64,000 nucleotides of DNA from Octopus vulgaris (GCA_951406725.2 OX597837.1:20212001-20276000); one strand, 5' to 3'; counted from the first letter of the stretch, positions 32,714 to 42,989 are shown. Notes: generated from the sequence alone by a model not told the origin. Numbers and translations are program-made.

Positions 32714-32795
32714 CATCCTGATGACGAGAGTGTCAGTTTCGAATATATGAAATGTATCGTATTAATTAGCGCATCTCCGAAACGGTCCGTAGATG
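32714..32795 (+). ncRNA. Type I hammerhead motif with a long stem II insert (Penelope pLTR-like, partly decayed)
   Basis: CAUC CUGAUGA CGAGA...UCUCC GAAA CGGUCCG UA GAUG. Stem I is CAUC/GAUG and the cleavage triplet is GUA. Confidence 0.6.
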
Positions 32796-33361
32796 AAAAA
32801 TTTTCTAATTTCTGTATTTTTGTATTTTTTCTGTATTTTTCTGGAATTTTAATACGTCATTTTTAATATGTCCTTTTTATGTTTTATCATCCCAAATTTT
32901 AATTTACCAATGTTTTATAACTTTAAGCGTAAATTCACTGTGTTTTGTATGTAACACTGATTATTATATATTTATATATATTATATGATTTTTATCTATT
33001 TAGATATATTGTTATATTTATATATGTCGGATTTTATATCCGTTCTGTAGATATAAATGAATATATGCATGTATTTGATCTTTGTGTGTGGATCTTTGTA
33101 ATGTTCCTTTAGTTTCTGCTCACATTGCCTCCGCTTAAATTAAGAAGTGGAATATAGCTCATTTGGAGCACAACAAATCCAATCTGTATTATATTTTGAG
33201 TATTGTTATTACTAGCGATCTCAAGATATGAATGTGTATTTTGTATTTCATATATATTGATAAAAATGGTAGGACAACAAAGGAAAGAAAGAGACCTGGA
33301 TATTATGTAAATAGAGGAATTTATCTGTAAATGTAATATGTGACAATTATTCGGTAGCCAT

Positions 33362-33422
33362 GATAAAACTCGAAGTTTGGAATGCCGAGGTGGAAATCCA
33401 CGCCACCATCTCTTCAGTTATC
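33362..33422 (-). ncRNA. Decayed hammerhead remnant
   Basis: GAUAA CUGAAGA GAUG...CAUUC CAAA CUUCGAG UU UUAUC. G12 is mutated to C. Confidence 0.45.
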
Positions 33423-34318
33423 CGGCCATCGGGAAAATGCCTATTATATATATATATATATATATAAGGGGACTTGTTCATCCTCAAAATCTTCCTTCCA
33501 CGTCTGAGATTTCAGTTTCAAATCAACCTCCCCTTCAACCCTAACAAACAGCTAACTGTATTCAATTCGCGTCGAAACTAGCCAAATGGACAAAACCTGA
33601 AAAAGTTGCACAGAAAGTTTTGCCTGGTTGCATGTGCAACTACCCGTACTTTGTGTAGCGGAAACACGTATAGGCCGTAACAACCATACAAATAAGCTGT
33701 AACAAGTCTCCATATCCTGTATCGTTAAAATCATTGCTGATTTACCCTCTAGATAATATTACCATCCAGAGAAGTGAACACGAATTGCCCATCGGGGGAA
33801 TTTACAGCATGAGTGACAACTAATAGTAGTCATGAACGTTAAATACTAATTAATGCTGTTAGCCGTAACCTGGAACCATAACAACTCTTTCTCTCTCTTT
33901 CTCTCTCTCTCCCTCTCACACACATATATGTATTATTTATGTATGTATTATATATGCGTGTTTGAGTTTGCCTCCCACCACCACTTGACAACGGGTGTTG
34001 GTTTGTTTATGTCTCAGTAACTTAGCGCTTCACCAAATTACAGGAACACATAATAAGCACCAAGTTTAAAAGATAAGTATTGTAGTGGATTTTTTTTTTT
34101 GACTGATCGCTTCGAGGTTGTGTCCCAGCCTGGCCGCAGTCTAATGACTGAAACAATTAAAATTTGAATTAGCTCTAATATGCGCACGCGTGCACGCGCG
34201 CGTGTGTGTGTGTTTGTGTGATCGTGTGTGTTTGTGTTTATTTTTTGAGACTGTTTCAAAGTCTGCGGACTTATTGACCCTGATTCAGTTCTGGTTTCCA
34301 AAGAACAATTAAATGATT

Positions 34319-34527
34319 ACGTAAGGAGTATCAGCCATCTGAATGTGGCTAGCCACTGGGGGGGGGGGTGTTACTGATGCTTTTAGCCCTAGGCGATCAA
34401 CGTCACCAGAAGGACTTTAGACACTATCTCAGTGTCCTTGTGTTGTTTGCAAAGGGAGGTCATCCTCCCTCGAAGACACCGTGTACTACATACGGACTAT
34501 AGTTTCGAGGTCATTGCCTCTTGTCAA
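34319..34527 (-). repeat. 3' direct terminal repeat (209 bp)
   Basis: Matches 40219-40425 with about 4 substitutions and a 2-nt G-run indel. Confidence 0.97.
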
Positions 34528-34551
34528 CGCATGGCAAGCACCGGCCTTCGA
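34470..34551 (-). ncRNA. Complete type I hammerhead ribozyme with U3-A8 variant core
   Basis: UCGAAGGC CGGUGCU UGC CAUGCG | UUGACAA | GAGG-CAAUGA-CCUC | GAA | AC-UAUA-GU | C^ | CGUAUG U AGUAC ACGGU GUCUUCGA. Extended stem I of about 20 bp. Predicted cut between 34495 and 34494. Confidence 0.85.
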
Positions 34552-34908
34552 TGAAATTTTCTTTATTATGATCAATAGATCTAACATAGAATGGATACAT
34601 TACAGGACAAAACAATTACAAAAATGCTATGCGAGTTCGAATGAAATTTTAAAAATTACAAAATTAAAATTTTATGTCACTTGAACGAAAACTTGGCTTA
34701 CTTTGCCTTGAAACGAAACCTTGGCTTACTTTTGCCTTTATCACGAGAACTTTTAGTGCGTATGTTTTCTTTTCATTTCTTTTTTTTTTATTATTAATTC
34801 TTTATTTTAAACAGTTATGTACAGTGAAAGGTAATGGGAGGTACCAGTTTCAATTTTGAACCCGGCAGCCTATAAATCCCAGCAGCTGATTTTTCTTTTC
34901 CTCGATGA

Positions 34909-37900
34909 TTAAGCTGGGTTACTCTCACCCACCTTTCTCATCACATCCTTCCAACGTTCCATATACTCTTTCTGTGGCAGGCTCCTCTTCTCCAACCCCA
35001 TCTTGCTCTTCAGATGATATCCGAAGTATTTTAACAAACCGGGGCCAGAGATAAAGGACCCTTTCACCAGACCTTCCACTCTAGTTCTCCATACACACTC
35101 TTTCAATACTGCCACCGTACAGTAAAAACAAGCCTTACCTTCCTTTGAGAGTCCAGTTGGCGGTATCATCTTAATCATAGATCCAGCCGACAGCTGTACT
35201 CGTCCCAGATGCGACAACACGTGTTCCACGTAACTTATCAAGCCTGACAGCTCCCGACATTGTACAAAAGCGTGTTGAACGGTTTCATCGTCCAACCCAC
35301 ATCTTGGACACGTCGGTGGCACTGACATTCCGTGCCTGGATAACTTCTCGCGAACAGGTAATGCATTCCTATAGCACTGCCAGGTCAGGGATTTTTGGTA
35401 ATTATCCAAATACCCCGGCCTGAAAGTCTTCTTAAACAGGTTGGAGAGTTGATCCTCATCGAACCCCAGAGCCCTTCCTAGGACGTCGTCATTTTTTCCT
35501 CCTACCAGCCCTTTATAGAACACCGAGGTGGTATTCCCGCTGCCGGCCTTACCCATCTTGTGGATCAGCCAGAGTGCCTGTCGGCACTCCTTCTGCCATG
35601 AAGTCAGTTTACGTCCTTTAATGAGACCGGGTGTAAATCCCTCCATAGAGGCCGGTCGCGGGAAGAATTCCTCTGCCAGCGAACTCCACACCTTATCATC
35701 CTCCAGGTAACACCAGAGGTGTCTCAGCCTCAACGCATGCTTGCGCATCATTAGCCAAGGCATCCCCAGTCCACCCTTTAGCGGTTCCTGGCAACACACG
35801 GAGCGTCTCACAAGTGGCTTTCCTCCTTTCCACAAAAAGCGGAAAAGAAGTCGTTCCAACTTGTTTAACCACGAATCGGGGCAAGGCACGACGGTCAGGC
35901 GGTAGGTGACGACAGAGGCTATAAACATCTGTGCCACCTCCGCCCTCCCTTTCAAGGAAAGATGCCTTCCGGACCACTTCCGTACTATGGCATCCACCTT
36001 GCTCGTTACCTCGCTCCAATTCTTCTCCGTCTGGGAGTCTGGACCAAACCAGACTCCGAGCAATTTAACAGGACCATCCGTCCAGTGTCCAACAACACTG
36101 GACGGTATCTGCTTGTTCCTCCAGGTGCCGAGGCGCAAACCGATGGACTTGTCCCTGTTAACTTTTGCCCCTGCCACCGCTTCGTATCTATGGAGAGCAC
36201 CTACTACCCGAGGTAGCTGTGTTCCGTTGGACACGATGAGGGTGACGTCATCCGCATAGGCAGAAACAGACTTACCGCATCCGATTTCATTAGGGTTGCC
36301 TCCCAACTTCTCCAGCTTCCGCAGCAATGGCTCAAGAGCCAAAACATACAGGAGCGGGGACAAGGGGCACCCTTGACGAACTGAACGCTTGATCGAAAAC
36401 GGCTCCGTTAGGTAACCGTTTATCTGGACTGTGGACTTGATGCCGCTGTACATAGCTGAGATCCACCCGCAGAAGCCAGGGCCCAGCCCAGCCGCTTCGA
36501 GAACCGCCGCCAAGTACCGATGGTCCACCCTATCAAACGCTTTACTTTGGTCTAAATGGACCAATGCCCCTCCTTTGCCGTCTAATTTCCCGACCCTATC
36601 TATAGTGTAGCGGAGAAGGTGAAGATTATCCTGGATCGACCTGCCTGGGATTGCACATGTCTGTGCCTTCCCGACAAGTTTCTTCACGACAGCCGTCAAC
36701 CTTTTTGCTAACACCTTGGCCAAAATCTTAAACTCTACATTAAGTAGAGTTATGGGCCTGTAATTACTAATACTGTCCCCCTTGCTCGGGTCTTTCTGGA
36801 CCAGCGTCACAACTCCCCGACTCACAGAGCTGGGAATCCTCCCATTCTGTTGCCAGTTTGCATAGACGCTTGCCAGTATGTCCCCGAACAAGTCCGGCAT
36901 ACAACAATAAAATTCATAGGGTAGACCATCCAATCCCGGTGACTTTTCCCCGGCGCACTCGGCCATAACCCCTCTTACCTCTGCGGGAGAGATCGATCCT
37001 TCACAGCACTCCGCCTCACCTGCCGAGAGCCGAGGCCCACCAGCTAGGAAGTCCTTTAAGGTCTCCCCACGCTCGAGCGGGCTACCGCCCCCAAACAGCC
37101 GTGCGAAATGCTGGTGAAGGACCTTCTGCATCTCCTCCTGTCCATAGATCTTGCGGTCCTGCTCGTCAGTTAAGGACATAATACAGGACTTTTTGCCCTT
37201 CTGACTCTCCTCACGACGGGCCCATCCGGCAACGTTAATACCTTCTCGTTTTCCTGCACGTAACTTAGCTCTGACTCTACACCCCTCGTGCTTGGCGTTG
37301 AGGTGACGGTACAATACCGCTCTCGCTGCCAACACTCCGGATGCACAGCCAGATTCCATAGCCTCGTCTAAGTTCTTAACTAATTCGCCCTCTATTCTAG
37401 TCCTATCTAAACTTAGCTGCTTGCTAAATCTAATGGACTCCAAACGGATGGCTCTTTTGAGGGCGTGCCACCATCTATTATTAATGATGGTGCCACATAA
37501 TGCCCTCTGTACTAATTCCTTAATCCGGGTACGGAAAGCTTCACAGGTCAAAATAGACTTGTTCATCTTCCAGTACCCGGGACCTTGTCTATGGCATTTA
37601 TCTACATGTACCTCACACGTTACAAGTTTGTGATCCGTGTAAGGCACAACAGAGAATTGTGGACAGCTAACACTATTCCTATCTCGTTCCTTAACAAATA
37701 CTCTATCTATGTACGATCTGAGTGAGCCGTCGTTATTACTCCACGTCCACTGTGGAACGTTCGGCTCATCCAGTCGAAAACGGTCTACTAGATTAAAGCT
37801 CGCTAGTAGAGCCTTGAGGCCAGGATTCCCCTTCCTATCGCTCGAGCCTACACCATCCACCCGCGCATCGAGAATGGTGTTGAAATCCCCTACCAAGACT

Positions 37901-38298
37901 ACCGTTTTGGACGTCACTAGAAAGTGCTCCAGTTCCCGATAAAAACCGGTCTGCCCACGTCCGTTAGGAGCGTAGACAGCCACCAACCTGAAGGACTGCT
38001 TACTCACGTGCGTCACATCTAGGACAACCAGCCTACCTTCTGGGTCCAAAAAGACAGTACTTACCTGTAAGTCCAAGTTCTTCCTGAAAAGAACTGCCAC
38101 GCCTGCACCTCCCCCTCGGCTAGGAGAAATAAATTTCTCGTAACCATTGAGAAGTGGTGAGAACGCTTGCGGTCCCTTCATCTTGGACTCGGTAACAATA
38201 GCTACTTCGATTCTATGTGAAATGAGGTCGTCACGAAAACAAGCCTGTTTCCATTTCGATCCCATTCCACGCACATTTATACAACCTAACTTAATCAT
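34909..38298 (-). CDS. Tx1-clade ORF2: AP endonuclease, reverse transcriptase and C-terminal zinc finger (1129 aa, intact)
   Basis: APE motifs INVRG, AVYAP, GDFN, IDRVF, TDH. RT motifs SPGLDG, NYRPITLLN, DQSKAFDRV, VRQGCPLSP, YADD. C-terminal CPRC...ETVQHAFVQC. Confidence 0.97.
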   Translation of the reverse strand: MIKLGCINVRGMGSKWKQACFRDDLISHRIEVAIVTESKMKGPQAFSPLLNGYEKFISPSRGGGAGVAVLFRKNLDLQVSTVFLDPEGRLVVLDVTHVSKQSFRLVAVYAPNGRGQTGFYRELEHFLVTSKTVVLVGDFNTILDARVDGVGSSDRKGNPGLKALLASFNLVDRFRLDEPNVPQWTWSNNDGSLRSYIDRVFVKERDRNSVSCPQFSVVPYTDHKLVTCEVHVDKCHRQGPGYWKMNKSILTCEAFRTRIKELVQRALCGTIINNRWWHALKRAIRLESIRFSKQLSLDRTRIEGELVKNLDEAMESGCASGVLAARAVLYRHLNAKHEGCRVRAKLRAGKREGINVAGWARREESQKGKKSCIMSLTDEQDRKIYGQEEMQKVLHQHFARLFGGGSPLERGETLKDFLAGGPRLSAGEAECCEGSISPAEVRGVMAECAGEKSPGLDGLPYEFYCCMPDLFGDILASVYANWQQNGRIPSSVSRGVVTLVQKDPSKGDSISNYRPITLLNVEFKILAKVLAKRLTAVVKKLVGKAQTCAIPGRSIQDNLHLLRYTIDRVGKLDGKGGALVHLDQSKAFDRVDHRYLAAVLEAAGLGPGFCGWISAMYSGIKSTVQINGYLTEPFSIKRSVRQGCPLSPLLYVLALEPLLRKLEKLGGNPNEIGCGKSVSAYADDVTLIVSNGTQLPRVVGALHRYEAVAGAKVNRDKSIGLRLGTWRNKQIPSSVVGHWTDGPVKLLGVWFGPDSQTEKNWSEVTSKVDAIVRKWSGRHLSLKGRAEVAQMFIASVVTYRLTVVPCPDSWLNKLERLLFRFLWKGGKPLVRRSVCCQEPLKGGLGMPWLMMRKHALRLRHLWCYLEDDKVWSSLAEEFFPRPASMEGFTPGLIKGRKLTSWQKECRQALWLIHKMGKAGSGNTTSVFYKGLVGGKNDDVLGRALGFDEDQLSNLFKKTFRPGYLDNYQKSLTWQCYRNALPVREKLSRHGMSVPPTCPRCGLDDETVQHAFVQCRELSGLISYVEHVLSHLGRVQLSAGSMIKMIPPTGLSKEGKACFYCTVAVLKECVWRTRVEGLVKGSFISGPGLLKYFGYHLKSKMGLEKRSLPQKEYMERWKDVMRKVGESNPA

Positions 38299-38317
38299 CG
38301 AGAAAAAAGAAAATTAT

Positions 38318-39828
38318 TTACTCACGGTTGCGAGAGGGAGCCTGACAGATTCTTTCTGCCTGTCTCCCCCCACTCGCCGTTGCTGCTGGGTGTTTCACCG
38401 GCGTTGCCACCGGGCTCTGGGTTGGTGTGGCTGCCGGGCTAACGGGTAATTTCCCAGTTGTCACCTCCTGGGTGACATCCTTAATGAAGCCGGCTTTTAC
38501 GTGGCTTTGTAAGGTTTTGTCTTTCCATCCTTCTTCGCCGACCCTTCCATATCGCCACTCCGCTTCCTTCTCGGTCGCTTTGTAGCACCTGATCAGCGTA
38601 CTTGCTTTCACCCATGTTTCTACTCTCACGTTCTTTGTGGTGTATGCAATAATTTTTTCGTTGGGTTTAAACCCTTTTACAGTTGGGGGGTGGGGTTTGT
38701 TAAAGTGCTGGCCTATAAGTGTAGTACCGCCGGGGTGGGATTGGAGAATATTTTTAATTTGTTCGTCTGCGTTGTTTTTTTTTTTTTGATACGGGTGGGG
38801 AGTCAGGGGTGATGGATTTTTTCCTTTTGTTGGACACGTTCGTAAATTCCATGTCTTCTTGTTTATTTGTTTTTGTTGCATTATTTTCCTCATCCTTTCC
38901 TTTCTCATTTTGCATTTCGTTCTTGTCTTCCTCCTTTTTGGAGTTCGACCTGTTTATTTTTTCCTCCTTGTTTTCGCCAGCCGTTACTTTTTTCTCCACT
39001 TTGCTGCTTTCTGCGTTCTTCACAGCGTTTTGTGGGGGCGTTGCCCGCATTATTTTTTTTTGTGCAAACAGAGCGAACGTGGCCCTTTTGCCCGCACTTA
39101 AAACATCTGGGCCTGCGTCCTTCCACCGAAACTCGTATGGAGTGCCCCTCCCCCACGAAGACTCTGTCTGGTAGGCTTTCCAACGTCGCATTTTCCGCCT
39201 GGATTATCATCTCCAGCTGCTGGCCTCTCCAGTGTTTTGCAATTTTTCTCTTCATACTTAAAATTGTCAATTTTGATTCAACATCAAAAATGACCGCTGT
39301 TGCCGCCCACATCACGTCGTAGCCCGTTGGTATATCTTCTAGGGTCACTTTTGCGGTTCTGCATCCTAAATATAAGGGTAGCAGTATTATACTCTCGTTT
39401 TTCAACGTTTGTGTCGAAATTTGCCTTGCTACTTCCGCCGTTTCAAAATGCGCCTCCACTGTAGCGCTTCTTGCACCTCGGTTGACATGACTAACTTTAC
39501 TCCATATTGGAGCCATACACTTTTCGACCATTTCGTTTTTCACGTCGGTCATTCGTTTTTCCTTGATATTGTACACCCTGTAGGTGACCATTTTTTCCTT
39601 TATTGCTTGTATAGTTTCGGGGGGCGGTACCAATCGTGTTTCTTCACCACTTTTTTGCACCAGCGATCTAAACTTGAATAATCTTTCCATTGATACCTCC
39701 ATTTCTTCGACTTCGCCACCTACGGCGTCTGAAAAACTGGGTTTTGTCTGTGTTTCCTTTTGTTTAACAGTTGTTATACTTTCTCCCATCTCGGGAAAGT
39801 CTTTTTTTGAACTTAAGTCTAATTCCAT
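38318..39828 (-). CDS. ORF1 nucleic-acid-binding protein (~502 aa if two single-A frameshifts in A-runs are removed)
   Basis: Zinc knuckle CFKCGQKGHVRSVC. Three overlapping ORF pieces join at A9 (39053-39061) and A13 (38775-38787). The stop lies 19 nt before the ORF2 ATG. Confidence 0.85.
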
Positions 39829-40218
39829 ATTAGACAACACAAACTTGTCACAAATGACAAGAGAATTTTTTTTTTCCAAAAATAACCTATACAGGTTAAG
39901 AGTTCACACAAAACAGCACACAGAAATTTTCTACCCCGAAGGGCGAAAATTACTGGGTCAAAAACAGTTCAACAATGATATTACTTGTAACACGACAGAG
40001 TAGACAAACGGAAACGAACTCACACAACGATTTGCAGCAACAGAAAAATATTGGTATACACCGAGGAAAAATTCAAAAAACACCGGTTTTCGATGAAGGA
40101 GTTCCCTTTACAAACAATATATAATGTTTTTCACAGTAACCACCGTCACTGATGTAGAAAAACTGTCTGAAAACAATAATAAATCTCTGAACGAGATATA
40201 AACAGTAACCGCTCGACA

Positions 40219-40425
40219 ACGTAAGGGGTATCAGCCATCTGAATGTGGCTAGCCACTGGTGGGGGGTGTTACTGATGCTTTTAGCCCCAGGCGATCAACG
40301 TCACCAGAAGGACTTTAGACACTATCTCAGTGTCCTTGTGTTGTTTGCAAAGGGAGGTCATCCTCCCTCGAAGACACCGGGTACTACATACGGACTATAG
40401 TTTCGAGGTCATTGCCTCTTGTCAA
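40219..40425 (-). repeat. 5' direct terminal repeat (207 bp) starting exactly at U3 of the hammerhead core
   Basis: Same core, stems II and III and GUC site (predicted cut 40393/40392), but the 5' strand of stem I is absent. Confidence 0.95.
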
Positions 40426-40699
40426 AGTACATAATTTCTGCTCGGAAGGGACACCAGTTATTCGCCGGGTCAAAAGCCCCAGTTGCTACTGCTATTGGTT
40501 ATACATTTTTCAGAAATGACACGAGCAATGTCCCTGCTTAAGAACACAATACACTCCATTGTGCAGGAATCGAACCCATAGTCCATTGTCTCGATTCCAA
40601 CACCTTAACCACTACACTATATATACCAACAATAATTTATATTTTCCTCTTATTGTTTTATATTTTTTATTCCTTTCTTCGTTGTTATCCTCTTGGTTT

Positions 40700-40772
40700 C
40701 CTTCTTCTTCTTCTTCTTCTTCTTCTTCTTCTTCTTCTTCTTCTTCTTTCCCTCCTTCTCCTTCTTCTTCTC

Positions 40773-40804
<32 letters not shown>

Positions 40805-41565
40805 CCTTCCTCTCCTTCTCTCTTCTTCTTCTTCTTCTTCTTCTTCTTCCTCTCCTTCTTCTTTCTCTCCTTCCCCTTTTTCTTCTTCTTCTTCTTCTTC
40901 TTCTTCTTCTTCTCCTCCTTCTTCTTCTTCTTCTTCTTCTTCCTCTCCTTCTTTCTCTCCTTCCCCTTCTTCTTCTTCTTCTTCTTCTTCTTCTTCTTCT
41001 TCTTCTCCTTCTTCTTCTCCTTCTTCTTCTTCTTCTTCTTCTTCTTCTTCTTCTTCTTCTTCTTCTTCTTCTTCTTCTTCTTCTTCTACTTCCTCTCCTA
41101 CTCCTACTTCTCCTCCTCCTCCTCGTCCTCGTCCTCCTCCTTCTTCTTCTTCTCCTTCTCCTTCTCCTTCTACCTCTTCTTCTTTTTCTTCTTTGTTTTC
41201 TTCTTCTTCTTCTCTCACATCCTTCTTTCTCTTTTACATTTCATTCTTGCTTTCTATATTTTCTTCTTTCTCTGTCATTCACCTCCTTATTCTTCATTTT
41301 CTATTTGTTTTTCATCCAATGTCTTCTCTCTTTTTTCTTTTTTTTCTTTTTCTTGTCTCTTTCTTTCACTCCCCCATATTTTTCTTCTTCTTTTTCCTGT
41401 TATACTTCATTCTTCTTCTTCTTCTTCTTCTTCTTCTTCTTCTTCTTCTTCTTCTTCTTCTTCTTCTTCTTTTTCTTCTTCTTCTTCTCCTTCTTTTTCT
41501 TCTTCTTCTTTTTCTTCTTCTTCTTCTTCTTCATTATCATCATCATCACCTTCATCTAAATCATT

Positions 41566-41616
<51 letters not shown>

Positions 41617-41650
41617 GTCATCATCATCATCGTCATCATCATCATCATCA
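40700..41650. repeat. (CTT)n/(CAT)n polypyrimidine-rich tract
   Basis: Visible directly. Confidence 0.95.
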
Positions 41651-42387
41651 ATATTATCGTCAGCTTCATTGTCGCCATCTATCTTCTCTCTACATATCTC
41701 TCACCTTCTTTATTCCCGCTCCGCTCAACGTTCCACGCCGCCACTCCCATCACCCCATTCCCATCGCTACCACCACCATGCTTTTCTCACCACTACCGCT
41801 ACCTCCACTAACCACCCTCTAAACCCCACCCCACTCACTACCACCCAATTCAATCCTGAAGAAGTTATTATTAACTTGGAAGATTAAAGAGAGACTCCAT
41901 TTTCCCCCGGAACTCTCCACATTCTACAATGGAACGTTTTATCCCCAGGATGACTTTTGCACTGGCAAAGTGTTGAAGACAAAACTGATCATTTCGCCAT
42001 CTCCATTTCGTTTACCATAATGATATTAGCGGCAGAAAGATGCTTTATAGATAGATGTATCGCCGCCACCATCTGCGCATGCGTGCTGCCGTGTCTTCAA
42101 TGATTGGTAGTACTTAACATCAATTTTTCATCAATTTCCGTTGTTATTCAGCCTCAAGACAGACCTGGTCGAGTAGACCTATGATCAAAGGCCTTGCAAC
42201 TTTGGCCGTTTCACCTTATACTTTGGCATAGTTTACCTACGACTGACTACATTATCTTAATATGTCAATGTTATTTGAGAACGGTTTTTCAGATGTGATG
42301 CAAGAGGAATTTATTTCGCTGCTGTTTCTAGCAATTCGCTTAGCCATGATGATGATCGACTTTCAATCCTCAGTCGGAATTGCTTCT

Positions 42388-42445
<58 letters not shown>

Positions 42446-42569
42446 GAGCGTGTGTGTGTGCGTGCGTGTTTGTGCGTGTGTGAGTGTGTGAGCGTATGTG
42501 TGTATGTTTCTGTGTGTGTGAGTGTTTAGATATTTTTCGTCTTATATATCTAGAAAATTAACAATAGGC

Positions 42570-42970
42570 TTACCAACTACATGGTTCTGAGTTCCGTCCC
42601 ACTACGCGTCACCTTGGGCAAGTATCTTCTAGTATAGCCTCGGGCCGAGCAAAGCCTTGTGAGTGGATTTAGTAGACGGAAACTGAAAGAAGCCCATCGT
42701 GTATATGTATATGTATATGTATGTATATGTTTGTGTGTCTTTTTTTGTCTCCAACATCGCTTGACAACCGATGCTGGTGTTTACGTCCCCATGTGGTTGG
42801 TAAGCAAGCTACTTACCACACTCAGCTGTTCGACAAAAGAGACCGATAGAATAAGTAGTAGGCTTCCAAAGAATAAGTCCTGGAGTCGATTTGCTCGACT
42901 AAAGTCGGTGCTCCAGCATGGCCGCAGTCAAATGACTGAAACAAGTAAAAGAGTAAAAGAGTAAAGAGTA
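42570..42970 (+). mobile_element. SINE family A
   Basis: Homology to the other copies. Confidence 0.85.
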
Positions 42971-42989
42971 ATCATAATAGCAGTTATAC

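Larger units (their letters stand above)
34319..40425 (-). mobile_element. Near-intact Tx1-clade non-LTR retrotransposon with ~207-bp direct terminal repeats
   Basis: ORF1 (CCHC) plus ORF2 (APE-RT-Zn). Direct repeats at 34319-34527 and 40219-40425. AATAAA on the minus strand at 34801-34806 and 34562-34567. No TSD found. Confidence 0.93.

Noticed and set aside
40260-40340. HDV-like ribozyme suggested by a stem followed by GGCUAA
   Set aside because: I could not find P1/P2/P3 pseudoknot pairings.
34319-40425. Direct repeats as a giant target-site duplication
   Set aside because: The 5' strand of ribozyme stem I (34528-34551) lies outside the duplication yet pairs with it. The 14.4-kb relative also shows the repeat contiguous with the element's 5' UTR.
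34319-40425. True LTR retrotransposon
   Set aside because: No integrase or protease, the RT is APE-linked LINE type, and there are no TG...CA ends, PBS or 4-6 bp TSD.
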